Source: Edaphobacter aggregans (GTDB lineage: Bacteria > Acidobacteriota > Terriglobia > Terriglobales > Acidobacteriaceae). Taken from it: 32,000 nucleotides of DNA. Where the stretch lies: NCBI RefSeq assembly GCF_003945235.1, contig NZ_RSDW01000001.1, positions 5,580,001 through 5,612,000 on the forward strand. Reading direction: 5' to 3'. The notes under the pieces were generated by a model. It saw only the letters and a list, made by a program, of their open reading frames with translations, did no database searches and was not told the DNA's origin. The position numbers and the translations under genes were made by a program. Shown here in pieces: positions 1 to 9,600 of the stretch (its first letter is position 1; each line of letters begins with the position of its first letter).

Positions 1-217
1 ATTTTCAGTATGTCTCCCTAATTCACTTCTTATCGTGCCCGATGGAGGGATATTTTTTCATCGCCGCGGCGATAACCTTTGCTTTCTCCGCAGGAGTCCC
101 AGACCTGAGCGTTCTTCGCGTGCGTTTCATTTTTAGATCGGATAATTCCGTTTATCAGGTTCTGCAAGGATTTGGTGGCCAGTGCCTTTCGTTCCGCGGG
201 GGAAGTTTTGCCATTTG

Positions 218-388
218 TCACCTTGGAGTACCAGCCTTGTACGCAGCTGCATATGCCGCGTCCTGAGCGGAGGTTTCCTGCTTGCTTTCAGCTGCCGGAT
301 TGCGGTTCGGTGCAGAAGCGGTGGATTGAGCTGAAGCAGATCGCAGCAGCGAAGCCAGAAAGATGACCGTTATTATGAAGAGTTTCAT
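218..388 (-). CDS. small secreted protein of unknown function; may continue by frameshift into ORF 30..221
   Basis: The ATG at 386-388 is preceded by AGGTG. The N-terminus MKLFIITVIFLASLLRSASA/QST reads like a Sec signal peptide with an AxA cleavage site. The stop at 218-220 abuts minus-strand ORF 30..221 in another frame (...AAYKAG / WYSKVTNGKTSPAERKAL...), so a single gene of about 120 aa broken by an indel is possible. No family recognised. Confidence 0.35.
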   Translation of the reverse strand: MKLFIITVIFLASLLRSASAQSTASAPNRNPAAESKQETSAQDAAYAAAYKAGTPR

Positions 389-736
389 ACAGCACCTGCT
401 GCGGCATTTGATGCGCGCAGTAAGATTCGAGTAGCTCAATCTCCCAATTCAGCGATGGAAACGCCACCTATTTACCATAAGGCTCACAAACCGGGGATTT
501 GGCCGCATTGTCCCTGCGCGCTCGCCCCCCGCCGCTTATCATCGCCACCTACCTTCGACTCTTGTGTAGTCGTCGGGCGCCTTTTCCGTTGTCGATGGCG
601 ACTATGTGGCTCCGGCATATCAACGTTGTCACCCGCCAGAACCCCAGTTGGACTTTTGTTGCTCATAATCTGCCCGGTCTAGTGACTCTCACTGGCATGC
701 TAGGCATAGCCGCACCGTTCATAATCCTAGGCTGGA

Positions 737-1501
737 CTAAACTTTGGCGGGTGCCTGAGGCACTGGCAAAGTAAGCCGGAAGGTGGTTCCGGTCCTGCCT
801 GTGCGGGTTTCGCGTTGGTACGTAAGGGTCCCGTTGTGCTTTTCCGCGATGCTTTTTGACAACCATAGTCCCAACCCATTTCCGTGACTTTTCGTCGTTC
901 GGTGCGCCTGAAATAGTACTTTCGCCATGGCAGGAGTTACACCGTGTCCATTGTCCGTTACCGACAGGTGAACTTTCCCTTTGTGCCTCCTCACCCTGAG
1001 GGAAAGCACACCGCCGGTTTCAGGAACCGCATCCAGAGCGTTAATTATCAGGTTTGAAATAACTTGCAATATTTCCCCCCCAAAAACGTGCCGCCACGGG
1101 ACCCTTGAGATCCTTACGAATCTCGATCTTCTGACGCTGCGCCCGCCTGAAGTGGATCATCAGCGCGGATTCTGCAATTGCCACCAAATCAAAATCCTTC
1201 GCTTCCGCCTGATCCCTGTAAAAGCTCAGAGTTGTGCGTGCAATATCGCTCAGTCGTGCAAGCTGAGACTCAGCGATTTCCATATTTTGTAGTACAGAGG
1301 ATACGTTGTGAGAAGCCTGCTTCGTGAGGTATACGAGGTTGGTTAGAGCTTCCAGTGGGTTATTATCTCGTGCATCACAGCCCCCGCGTAACGGCTGGAG
1401 ACCGCCAAACGTTCACTGCGCTGTAAAGCCTCTTTCGCCATTCTCAGACGCTCCAACAGTTGCTCGTTTGTTGTTTGCGATCTCGACAAAGTGTCCCAAA
1501 T
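737..1501 (-). pseudogene. histidine kinase core (coiled coil + HisKA + HATPase_c) disrupted by two 1-nt frameshifts
   Basis: Three minus-strand frames join into one kinase. The first reads ...EQLLERLRMAKEALQRSERLAVSSRYAGAVMHEI. After a shift near 1361-1367 the second reads NNPLEALTNLVYLTKQ...TLSFYRDQ...GPVAARFWG. After a shift in the C7 run at 1075-1081 the third reads EILQVISNLIINALDAV...DNGHGV...GNGLGLWLSKSIAEKHNGTL. This gives an H-box HEI-NNPLE plus N, G1 and G2 boxes. Removing one G from the G7 run on the coding strand restores ...RFWGEILQVISNLIINAL. There is no sensor domain and little room for one (stop at 1502-1504). Confidence 0.7.
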
Positions 1502-1639
1502 TCATGACGCTAGATGATCTTTAACTTGCATAAGATTCAGGTCATTTGATGTGATATCGGCGCGGCAAGTTGGCCTTTAGTGGCGGCCAGGTACTGCTAT
1601 TGCCAAGTGGACGGGGTTTAGAATCGGCGCGCTAACCTT

Positions 1640-1981
1640 ATGTCACGCGCAGAACAAAACTCGCATCGTATTCTTGCATACGGTCACGACGTTGTCCTTT
1701 TAAAAACGCGTTGCATGGTATTGCAGCGTGCAGGTTTCGGCGTTGATGCAGCTGATAGCTTTGAGAAGTTTCAAGATTGCATAGCCCAGGCCAAGGCTCC
1801 ATATCGGCTCTTTCTCCTTGGGTACTCAATTCCAGATCCGGATCGAGTAAGAATAATAGCTTCAGTCGCAGACTCGACCACATTGATTTATCAGGTTCCT
1901 GAGTTGATCCCACCGTTGCAACTCGTCAACGATGTACGTGAGTTGCTACTGGGAGTCGACGAGGCTCCGAAACTATCTTGA
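1640..1981 (+). CDS. receiver-like (pseudo-receiver) single-domain protein
   Basis: This 113-aa ORF has a CheY-like alternating pattern: RILAYGHDVVLL...GFGVDAADSFEKF...YRLFLLGYSIPDP...RIIASVADS. By-eye alignment puts Gly (LLGYS) where the phospho-acceptor Asp sits, and GH where the acidic DD pair sits. It is divergent from the decayed kinase at 737..1501. Confidence 0.5.
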   Translation: MSRAEQNSHRILAYGHDVVLLKTRCMVLQRAGFGVDAADSFEKFQDCIAQAKAPYRLFLLGYSIPDPDRVRIIASVADSTTLIYQVPELIPPLQLVNDVRELLLGVDEAPKLS

Positions 1982-2406
1982 CTGCTGTGTGCAATGGACA
2001 GTCATCGCAGAGGGGAGAAACGCAGGATAGTGACAATTTCTTGCGAAGCATGGTTGCCAAATATATCAGCGTCCCATTTCGGCCAACCGGGTACGGGGAG
2101 ATCTACCATCAAAAAGTTCAATCGCAGAGCCGATTTCTGTACTACGCAATCTCGAAAGCGTCATACAAGGTAAACGAGGTCAATACGACGATTTTCACCA
2201 TCCGCCAAAGATGAAAACGGAAGCAGTCGAAGCATGACGAGAGGCCACGAGGCCCAGGCCAAGGGTAGACACGCTCCCCGAAACGCATCGGGCAAAGGTG
2301 AAACGAAAACGAAACGGCGCAAGATCAGGCGAACCAAAAAGCGCAGACGGTCATTCTAGCTAGGGAGGATAAGGTCTAATCTGCATCTCATACGTAAGGT
2401 GTAGCA

Positions 2407-2571
2407 ATGAGGGATAAGACACACACGCTGTCCAGGTGGCTCTCGGCCACTTTTCTAGTTGTAATTGCGGTGTTCGGAATTGTCCTCATTGGACACGCCC
2501 CGAAATGGCCGATTTATGTGACCATTGTGGCGTGGGTGGGATTCGTTTTCTACCTGGCGAACCGAAAATAA
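2407..2571 (+). CDS. hypothetical small two-TM membrane protein (54 aa)
   Basis: The ATG at 2407 is preceded by AAGGTG. The translation is MRDKTHTLSRWLSATFLVVIAVFGIVLIGHAPKWPIYVTIVAWVGFVFYLANRK, with two clear hydrophobic helices and charged ends. It is below the 60-aa cutoff of the ORF track. Confidence 0.3.
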   Translation: MRDKTHTLSRWLSATFLVVIAVFGIVLIGHAPKWPIYVTIVAWVGFVFYLANRK

Positions 2572-2835
2572 GAACGAAATAGCCGCTAGATACACGGTGT
2601 TGGCACTAGACAAACTGCGCCGTCTTCGACGGCCTTGTACCAGTGCATCTTCGTCGAGTAGTAGAACTCCTGTTATCGGAGATCTTTCAGGGAAGAGCCC
2701 GAAGTCACATTTGGAGGGCGAGATTGCGTATGGCGGTGAGCAGATCCAAAGGTCAATAAGTTTCGAAAAAAGCACGCGAAGTCATCGCCTTGGCTTCGCG
2801 CGTCTTCGAGCAGGCTAGCTGTAACTGGCTGACCG

Positions 2836-2866
2836 AAAAAAATAGAACGTTGCATTCGGGCAACGT
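2836..2866 (-). terminator. putative intrinsic terminator for a minus-strand transcript
   Basis: The plus strand reads AAAAAAA-TAG-AACGTTGC-ATTCGG-GCAACGT. On the minus strand this is a 7-bp GC-containing stem with a 6-nt loop, followed by CTA and a T7 tract. No convincing minus-strand gene lies immediately upstream of it (2870-3775). Confidence 0.3.
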
Positions 2867-3058
2867 CTCTTCAATTCCATCGCCAGATGATAGGTACAGG
2901 AGGAGTTGGGGGGTGACACAATGTCGACAACAAACCGCGCTCGCCGACGAGACGTGTGCCGTAACTCCTTGGGTGGCGGAGCAACTAAATATCTACTATC
3001 TCACCTCTAACTTATTAGATCTTGCCAAGATCATCTGTTCTAGGAAAGAAGGACCCCA

Positions 3059-3211
3059 ATGTTTATCATTCTAGCTGTAGTACTCGCAATCCTTTGGGTC
3101 GGAGGCTTCTTCGTGTTGCATATAAGTAGTTTTCTGATTCATCTACTCATCCTCTTTGCTGTTATCGCGCTCGTCATGCACTTCGTTAGGGGCGGCACGC
3201 AAACTGTTTGA
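3059..3211 (+). CDS. lmo0937-family-like small membrane protein (50 aa)
   Basis: The ATG at 3059 is preceded by AGGAAAGAAGGA. The translation is MFIILAVVLAILWVGGFFVLHISSFLIHLLILFAVIALVMHFVRGGTQTV. Its length, two-helix layout and the ILW..GG / HLL motifs match my memory of the lmo0937/DUF5670-type small stress membrane proteins. Confidence 0.55.
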   Translation: MFIILAVVLAILWVGGFFVLHISSFLIHLLILFAVIALVMHFVRGGTQTV

Positions 3212-3774
3212 GCTGTCTAAGACCATGCCGATGATTTTCGCGTCTCGGTTTGGTCGTGGTTACTGAAAGCCCATCGCCTTTCTACGAACGCCGCGTGAGG
3301 GAATGAGCCCTCCGTCGCGCCGCGGGAGAAGCAAAATTGCCTAGGCGGGAATCGCCGCCTAATGGCGTTGAGACGAGTCGGCGAGAATGCTGAAGCAAAG
3401 AGCAAAGATTTCTTTTGTTGCCGAGCTAACTATCGCATCTTAATCGGACCATAATTCTCTCGCGTGGAGAGCTCATGTCATTGGAATTTAGGCAATTGAC
3501 TATTTAAATTCTGATCGCAGGTGGGGCTGACCTTCCGCACCTGATGCATATTCCCAGCATTACATTGTTGCGATCTCGGTGATTTATGCTCGATATTGGT
3601 GTCCTTACGGGGGACAAGACCACGCGACACAGGGATCCCAGCTAGGGCCGCCCGCTTCTCTGTTTGGTTCTGCATTGTGCTCAACCGGACCCCTGATTCC
3701 TTTGGCATTTCAACATTGCGCTGTGTCAAACCCAATGGGGTTCGAAAACATCAGCCCATTCTGATTCATCGGTA

Positions 3775-6201
3775 TCAGATCTGACGAAAAGAATCAGATG
3801 CCGTTTCCACGGTCGGCTCCGGAGATGGGGTGGCTTTCTGGAGCTCGATGGCAGTGGTGACGACCTCAGTGATCCAGACCAGCATCTCTTTCTGTTTTTC
3901 GCTGATCTGGCGGGGGCGCGTATCGAGGACGCAGAGAGAACCTATGACGGTTCCGTCGTGGGACTTGAGGGGCATACCCGCGTAGAAGCGGATGCCAAAT
4001 TGGCGAAAGAATGGTTCGTCGGCAGAGCGGGGATCTTCGGCGGTGTCGGGTATGACGAGGATGGATTCGGTGGAGACCAACCGGGTCAGGACCGAAGGAT
4101 CATGCATAGTGTCGGCGAAGGAGAGGGCATCGTCTGGCAACCCGCACTTGGCCTCCCAGAAGCGTCTTTCGTTGTGAGCTGCGGTGACGAGCGCGATAGG
4201 TGCATCGTAGGAACGCGCGAGGTTGGTTGCGAGGCGCTGGAAGGCACCTTCTTCGGATTCGTCAACGATGTTGCCCCCCTGCATTTCGAAGAGGGGCTCG
4301 GATAGATTTTGTTTGTCCTCGACAACATCGTCAGACTTCTGAGCGTGTTCGTCGGGCTGCGTTGCGGGATAGAGGAGGGATGAGAGGTATTCCTCCATCA
4401 GATGCAGAGAGCAGACGACGTGCTGAGCATCTTCAGTGGAGACGCGGCTCCGAATGTTAGAAAGGTCACACTCCTCGCTGAGGAGGCAGGCGAAGATCGC
4501 TGCTTGAGGCAAGTGGGCACGGACCTGATTGCAGCGGAGGCGGATGTGACGGAGAGACTGAGGAGGGACCCCGACTACGCAGATGGCGTCAGGATGAAGG
4601 CTGTCGAGCGTTTGCAGGACGTCAGAAGTGGCAGTATCAGCGGAGATGACGCGGACGATGGAAGCTGGGGAGAGAATGTGGGCCGCAAGTTGGCAGGCGA
4701 TCTCATCGGCTAAATCACGAGCGGGAACGCAGACGATGAGCTTGGGTGTATTCGAGGTTGGAGGTTCGGAAAGACTACTGTGACTGGTGATATCTTCAGT
4801 GAGTTCCTCGACGGATTGGAGGACCTCTTCGGCGCGTGTAGATGTCATCTCCTCGGCGTGGCGGGACTCTTCGATGAGTGTGAGGGCAGGAATCACTACA
4901 GAGTCATAGACTTGATCTCTGGGCTGGGTGGCGAGGAGGCCTTGCAGAAGGGCCCGAGCTTCGTGGGTATTGGATGAGAGCAACCGCTGGTAAAACCGCT
5001 CGGAAGGCGGCAGGGCGGTCTCGTCCCCGAAGAGGACGTCAAGATATTGAAGTTGCGGGACCTGACGGCCGATGACGACAAGGCAGACGGTGAGCGGGGT
5101 CGAGAGTAAAAGCCCCGGAAGACCCCAAAGAAGCGTCCAGAAGATAGCGGCGATGAGAACGGCGATGGGAGAAAGACCGGTTGAGGAGCTGTAAAGAAGA
5201 GGCTCCACGATATTTCCCGCAATCAGCTCGAGCATCAGGAACATAATGGCAGTCCAGAGCAACACGTTCCAGTGCGGCGAAACAGCCAAGGAGAGAAGAA
5301 GGGGGCCGGCGGCAGCCAAAAAAATACCGATGTAGGGGATGAAGCGAAGGACGCAAATGAGAAGGGCCCAAAGCAGGGGATTGGGTACGCCGATCAACCA
5401 GAGGCTCAAGCCGGCAACTGTTCCGAAGACGACATTGACAATGAGCTGCATGCGGAGATAGCGGCCAACCCGACGGCCTGCATCTTCGATTGCCGAGGTC
5501 GTGACATGCATACGTCCCCTGCCGGCCAAGCGTATCCCACGGTCGCGCAGATCTTCGCGGCCCACCAGCATGAAGGCAAGAAAGACGACGACTGCAAAGG
5601 TGGTCGTAAGGGGATGAATAAGAGGCGTGACGGTGCGGTTTGCGAGATTGATGAAAGACTCTTCTGGGAGCTCTACCCGCACCGTGACGGGCTGGTCGTT
5701 CTGGACCGAAAGCTGATCTTTGCTAGGGTCGGAGACCGCCCTCGACCTGCTCCTAATGTGTGGTCTGGGGGCATCGGGGAGCGCAGGCGCTGTTGCAGGT
5801 GCAACCCCGCCGCGAAGCTGTCTGCTTTCTTCCGACAGCATGGCAAGGGTATTACTGAGGCGTCCTGCGGAGTGAAGATGTAAGGAGTCAATCTTCTGAG
5901 TGATGTTTTGCTGATATTGCGGGAGCTCCACGGCGAGGTTATAAACCTGTCCGAGCATGACCCATCCCAATGCAGCAATGGCGGCAAGAGAGACGAAGAC
6001 GACGATCAAAGCAGCAGGAGCCCGACGGATGCCCAAACGTTCCAGAAGAGCAGAGGCGGGCACTAGGAGAAAGGAGAGAAGAGCAGCGAGAGCGAGAGGG
6101 ACGAAGACCTCCCGACCAAAGTAAAGGACTGCCATGACGAGCACCGCCGTCAAGAGAGAGGTATCGGGAACCCTCAACTTTTCGCGAGATTCACTCAACA
6201 A
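3775..6201 (-). CDS. AI-2E family (PerM/UPF0118) permease fused to a ~400-aa cytoplasmic tail ending in a GAF domain
   Basis: 808-aa ORF. The N-terminal ~400 aa are polytopic with AI-2E-like segments (LYFGREVFVPLALAALLSFLL, IPYIGIFLAAAGPLL, IAGNIVEPLLYSSSTGLSPIAVLIAAIFW). The middle reads like a flavodoxin/B12-binding-like alpha/beta segment without a DxHxxG motif (KLIVCVPARDLADEIACQLAA...DAICVVGVPP). The C-terminus is GAF-like (YDAPIALVTAAHNERRFWEAKCGLP...IPDTAEDPR...FYAGMPLKSHDGTVIGSLCVLDTRPR). The start is uncertain: the codon at 6199-6201 is TTG and the first in-frame ATG is codon 23. Confidence 0.88.
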   Translation of the reverse strand: MLSESREKLRVPDTSLLTAVLVMAVLYFGREVFVPLALAALLSFLLVPASALLERLGIRRAPAALIVVFVSLAAIAALGWVMLGQVYNLAVELPQYQQNITQKIDSLHLHSAGRLSNTLAMLSEESRQLRGGVAPATAPALPDAPRPHIRSRSRAVSDPSKDQLSVQNDQPVTVRVELPEESFINLANRTVTPLIHPLTTTFAVVVFLAFMLVGREDLRDRGIRLAGRGRMHVTTSAIEDAGRRVGRYLRMQLIVNVVFGTVAGLSLWLIGVPNPLLWALLICVLRFIPYIGIFLAAAGPLLLSLAVSPHWNVLLWTAIMFLMLELIAGNIVEPLLYSSSTGLSPIAVLIAAIFWTLLWGLPGLLLSTPLTVCLVVIGRQVPQLQYLDVLFGDETALPPSERFYQRLLSSNTHEARALLQGLLATQPRDQVYDSVVIPALTLIEESRHAEEMTSTRAEEVLQSVEELTEDITSHSSLSEPPTSNTPKLIVCVPARDLADEIACQLAAHILSPASIVRVISADTATSDVLQTLDSLHPDAICVVGVPPQSLRHIRLRCNQVRAHLPQAAIFACLLSEECDLSNIRSRVSTEDAQHVVCSLHLMEEYLSSLLYPATQPDEHAQKSDDVVEDKQNLSEPLFEMQGGNIVDESEEGAFQRLATNLARSYDAPIALVTAAHNERRFWEAKCGLPDDALSFADTMHDPSVLTRLVSTESILVIPDTAEDPRSADEPFFRQFGIRFYAGMPLKSHDGTVIGSLCVLDTRPRQISEKQKEMLVWITEVVTTAIELQKATPSPEPTVETASDSFRQI

Positions 6202-6663
6202 AACTCACCAGCCGCGACCCCTTTGCGAACGACCTGTCGATAGAAAGTCGGGGATTGGTGCAACAACTGGCTAGCCCAGACCTTCGAAAGAAGTCGAATT
6301 CTACTCCATATGATGCAGGGCGATGAAGATCGAAGGGCGTGGTCGTTCAAAGCATTATTTGACAAGGGCGATCTTTTCCTCGCAGGCCAGGATCTTTCAC
6401 CTTGTCTCTAGACAGCTTACACAAACGGGCGGACTTCAGCCGGCTGGCGTTAGTCCAGCCTAAAGATCCGAAGAGGCCAAACGCATAAGAGCGTTCTTCG
6501 TTAGAAGAGCCTGCGTGTACGCGATTTCCCCGCCGTTTTCAAATATTAGAGTTGTCACTACCAGACGAACATAATATTCTTTGGAGCGCAAACCAAATCT
6601 CTGCTGGGAAAACTCCTGGGAGTGTCACGCCAGAGCTATTTTGTGTGTTTTTTCGGGAGATCC

Positions 6664-9600
6664 ATGGAAACGACTGCTGATTTGAAGGCTCGGTCGAAAC
6701 GACCGCTCAGAACATCTCGCGGCGAGGAAAGTGTTGCCGAAGCCGAAATCGCGTGTAATCCGGAAGATCTCGCCCTCATCCTGGCGAGCTTACAGACAAT
6801 GCGCGATGGCGACTTTTCGGTCCGGCTACCTGTGGCGTGGATCGGGCTAAAGGGTAAGATTGCGGACACGTTTAACGACATCATTGCAGCCAATGAGGGC
6901 ATGGCGGGAGAGCTTAAGCGCGTAGGGCAGGCGATTGGAAAGGAGGGACGTACGCGTGAGCGGACGCGGTTCCAACAATTGCGCGGCTCATGGGGCGAAA
7001 TGGAGGTATCGGTTAATACGTTGGTCGAGGATCTATTGCGGCCGACAACCGAGATGACGCGAACAATCGCAGCGGTGGCTCAGGGAAATCTGACGCAAAC
7101 GGTCCGGTTGGATGTCGGCGGCAGACCTCTGGAAGGTGAGTTCCTGCGCTCGGCCAACATCGTCAACACGATGATTCAGCAGTTGGGCATCTTCACGGCG
7201 GAAGTGACGCGTGTAGCGCGTGAAGTCGGCACTGACGGCAAGCTAGGGGGGCAGGCTCAGGTTCCGGGCGTTGCCGGAACATGGAAGGACCTGACGGATT
7301 CAGTGAACTCGATGGCCAGTAATCTCACTGGTCAAGTACGTAATATCGCAGAAGTCGCAACAGCGGTAGCGAGCGGCGATCTCTCGCGCAAGATCACGGT
7401 TGACGTGCGGGGCGAGATTCTACAGTTGAAGGAAGCCATCAACACCATGGTGGATCAGCTACGGTCGTTTGCATCCGAAGTGACGCGGGTAGCGCGGGAG
7501 GTCGGCACTGACGGCAAACTGGGTGGACAAGCTGTGGTGCCGGGCGTGGCGGGAACGTGGAAAGACCTGACTGACTCGGTAAACGCAATGGCCGGCAATC
7601 TCACGGCACAGGTGCGCAACATCGCCGAAGTAACCACGGCCGTGGCCCGCGGTGACCTCTCGCGCAAGATCACTGTTGACGTTAAGGGTGAGATTTTAGA
7701 GCTGAAAGACACAATCAACACAATGGTGGACCAGCTCAATGCGTTCGCAGGAGAGGTAACCCGTGTTGCACGTGAAGTGGGAACGGAGGGCAAGCTGGGC
7801 GGGCAGGCACAGGTTCCTGGTGTCGGTGGAACCTGGAAGGACTTGACGGACAACGTCAATTTTATGGCCAGTAACTTGACAGGCCAGGTGCGTAATATCG
7901 CGGAGGTTGCGACTGCGATCGCGAACGGTGATCTTTCGCGCAAGATCACAGTGGACGTCCGCGGCGAGATCCTGCAGTTAAAAGAGACCCTGAACACGAT
8001 GGTAGACCAGCTGAACCGATTTGCCGGCGAAGTGACTCGGGTAGCGCGGGAGGTAGGTACCGAGGGAAGGCTGGGCGGACAGGCGAACGTACCCGGAGTT
8101 GCTGGAACGTGGAAAGACCTAACAGACTCGGTTAACTCTATGGCTGGAAACCTGACGGGCCAGGTGCGCAACATCGCCGAGGTGACAACGGCGGTTGCCC
8201 GCGGCGACTTGTCACGCAAGATTACGGTTGACGTCAAAGGCGAAATCCTCGAACTGAAAAACACGATTAACACAATGGTGGACCAACTAAATGCCTTTGC
8301 CGGAGAGGTGACGCGTGTTGCGCGTGAAGTCGGGACTGAGGGCAAGTTGGGCGGCCAGGCGCAGGTTTCAGGGGTTGCTGGAACGTGGAAGGACCTTACC
8401 GACTCGGTAAACTTTATGGCTGGCAACTTGACTGCTCAGGTGCGAAATATTGCCGAGGTTGCAACGGCCGTGGCGCGCGGCGACCTTTCCCGCAAAATAA
8501 CTGTTGATGTACGCGGTGAAATCCTCGAGCTAAAAGATACGATCAACACGATGGTCGATCAGCTGCGGTCCTTCGCCGGTGAAGTAACGCGGGTTGCACG
8601 TGAGGTAGGAACAGATGGCAAACTGGGCGGACAAGCCCAGGTGCCCGGCGTCGGTGGAACCTGGAAGGACCTGACCGACAACGTTAATTTCATGGCCAGC
8701 AACTTGACAGGCCAGGTGCGGAACATCGCCGAGGTGGCGACTGCCATCGCAAGCGGTGACCTTTCGAAGAAGATTACGGTGAATGTCAGCGGCGAAATCC
8801 TGTTGCTAAAAGATACGATCAACACGATGGTCGATCAACTTAACGCGTTCGCGGGCGAGGTAACCCGCGTTGCGCGCGAAGTGGGGACGGAAGGAAGACT
8901 CGGTGGACAGGCCAACGTACCTGGCGTTGCAGGTACGTGGAAGGACTTGACAGACTCGGTCAACTCGATGGCTGGAAACCTGACGGGCCAGGTGCGCAAC
9001 ATCGCCGAGGTGACAACAGCGGTTGCCCGCGGCGACTTATCGCGCAAGATCACGGTTGACGTAAAAGGTGAAATCCTTGAGCTGAAGAACACGATCAACA
9101 CAATGGTGGACCAGCTGAACGCGTTCGCGGCCGAAGTCACGCGCGTCGCCCGCGAAGTGGGCACGGAAGGCAAGCTCGGCGGACAGGCACAGGTGCCCGA
9201 CGTTGCAGGCACGTGGAAGGACTTGACCGACAACGTCAATGTGATGGCCGCCAATCTTACCGAGCAAGTTCGCGGCATCGTTAAAGTGGTCACCGCCGTC
9301 GCAAATGGAGAGTTGACGCAGAAGCTGACAGTGAATGCGAAAGGCGAAGTTGCAGCGCTGGCGGAGACAATTAATAACATGACCAATACCCTTGCGACCT
9401 TCGCCGATCAGGTCACTACAGTCGCGCGCGAGGTAGGTGTGGAAGGGCGGCTCGGAGGGCAGGCCAACGTACCCGGAGCCGCGGGAACGTGGAAGGACCT
9501 AACCGGAAACGTGAATCTGCTTGCGGATAATCTGACCAATCAAGTCCGCGCCATCGCAGAGGTTGCCACTGCCGTTACGAAGGGGGATCTGACACGTTCG

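Noticed and set aside
440-736. ORFs 455..682, 499..774 (+) and 484..666 (-).
   Set aside because: Their products are Arg/Pro/Cys-rich nonsense-like sequence with no start signals. The interval is probably non-coding sequence between the kinase remnant and the small secreted-protein gene.
2234-2359. 41-codon highly basic ORF as a real gene.
   Set aside because: Only a weak GGAAG lies 10 nt upstream, and I know of no family like it. It is mentioned in a finding but not supportable as a feature.
7455-9386. Long minus-strand ORFs inside the HAMP array (7455..8426 at 323 aa, 8559..8825, 8835..9386) with their own repeating motif [26 protein letters not shown].
   Set aside because: They are the antisense image of the 276-nt coding repeat. 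The plus-strand frame has unmistakable HAMP, kinase and receiver homology and runs 5.8 kb. The antisense product is low-complexity P/S/T/R-rich, as expected from a GC3-biased sense frame.
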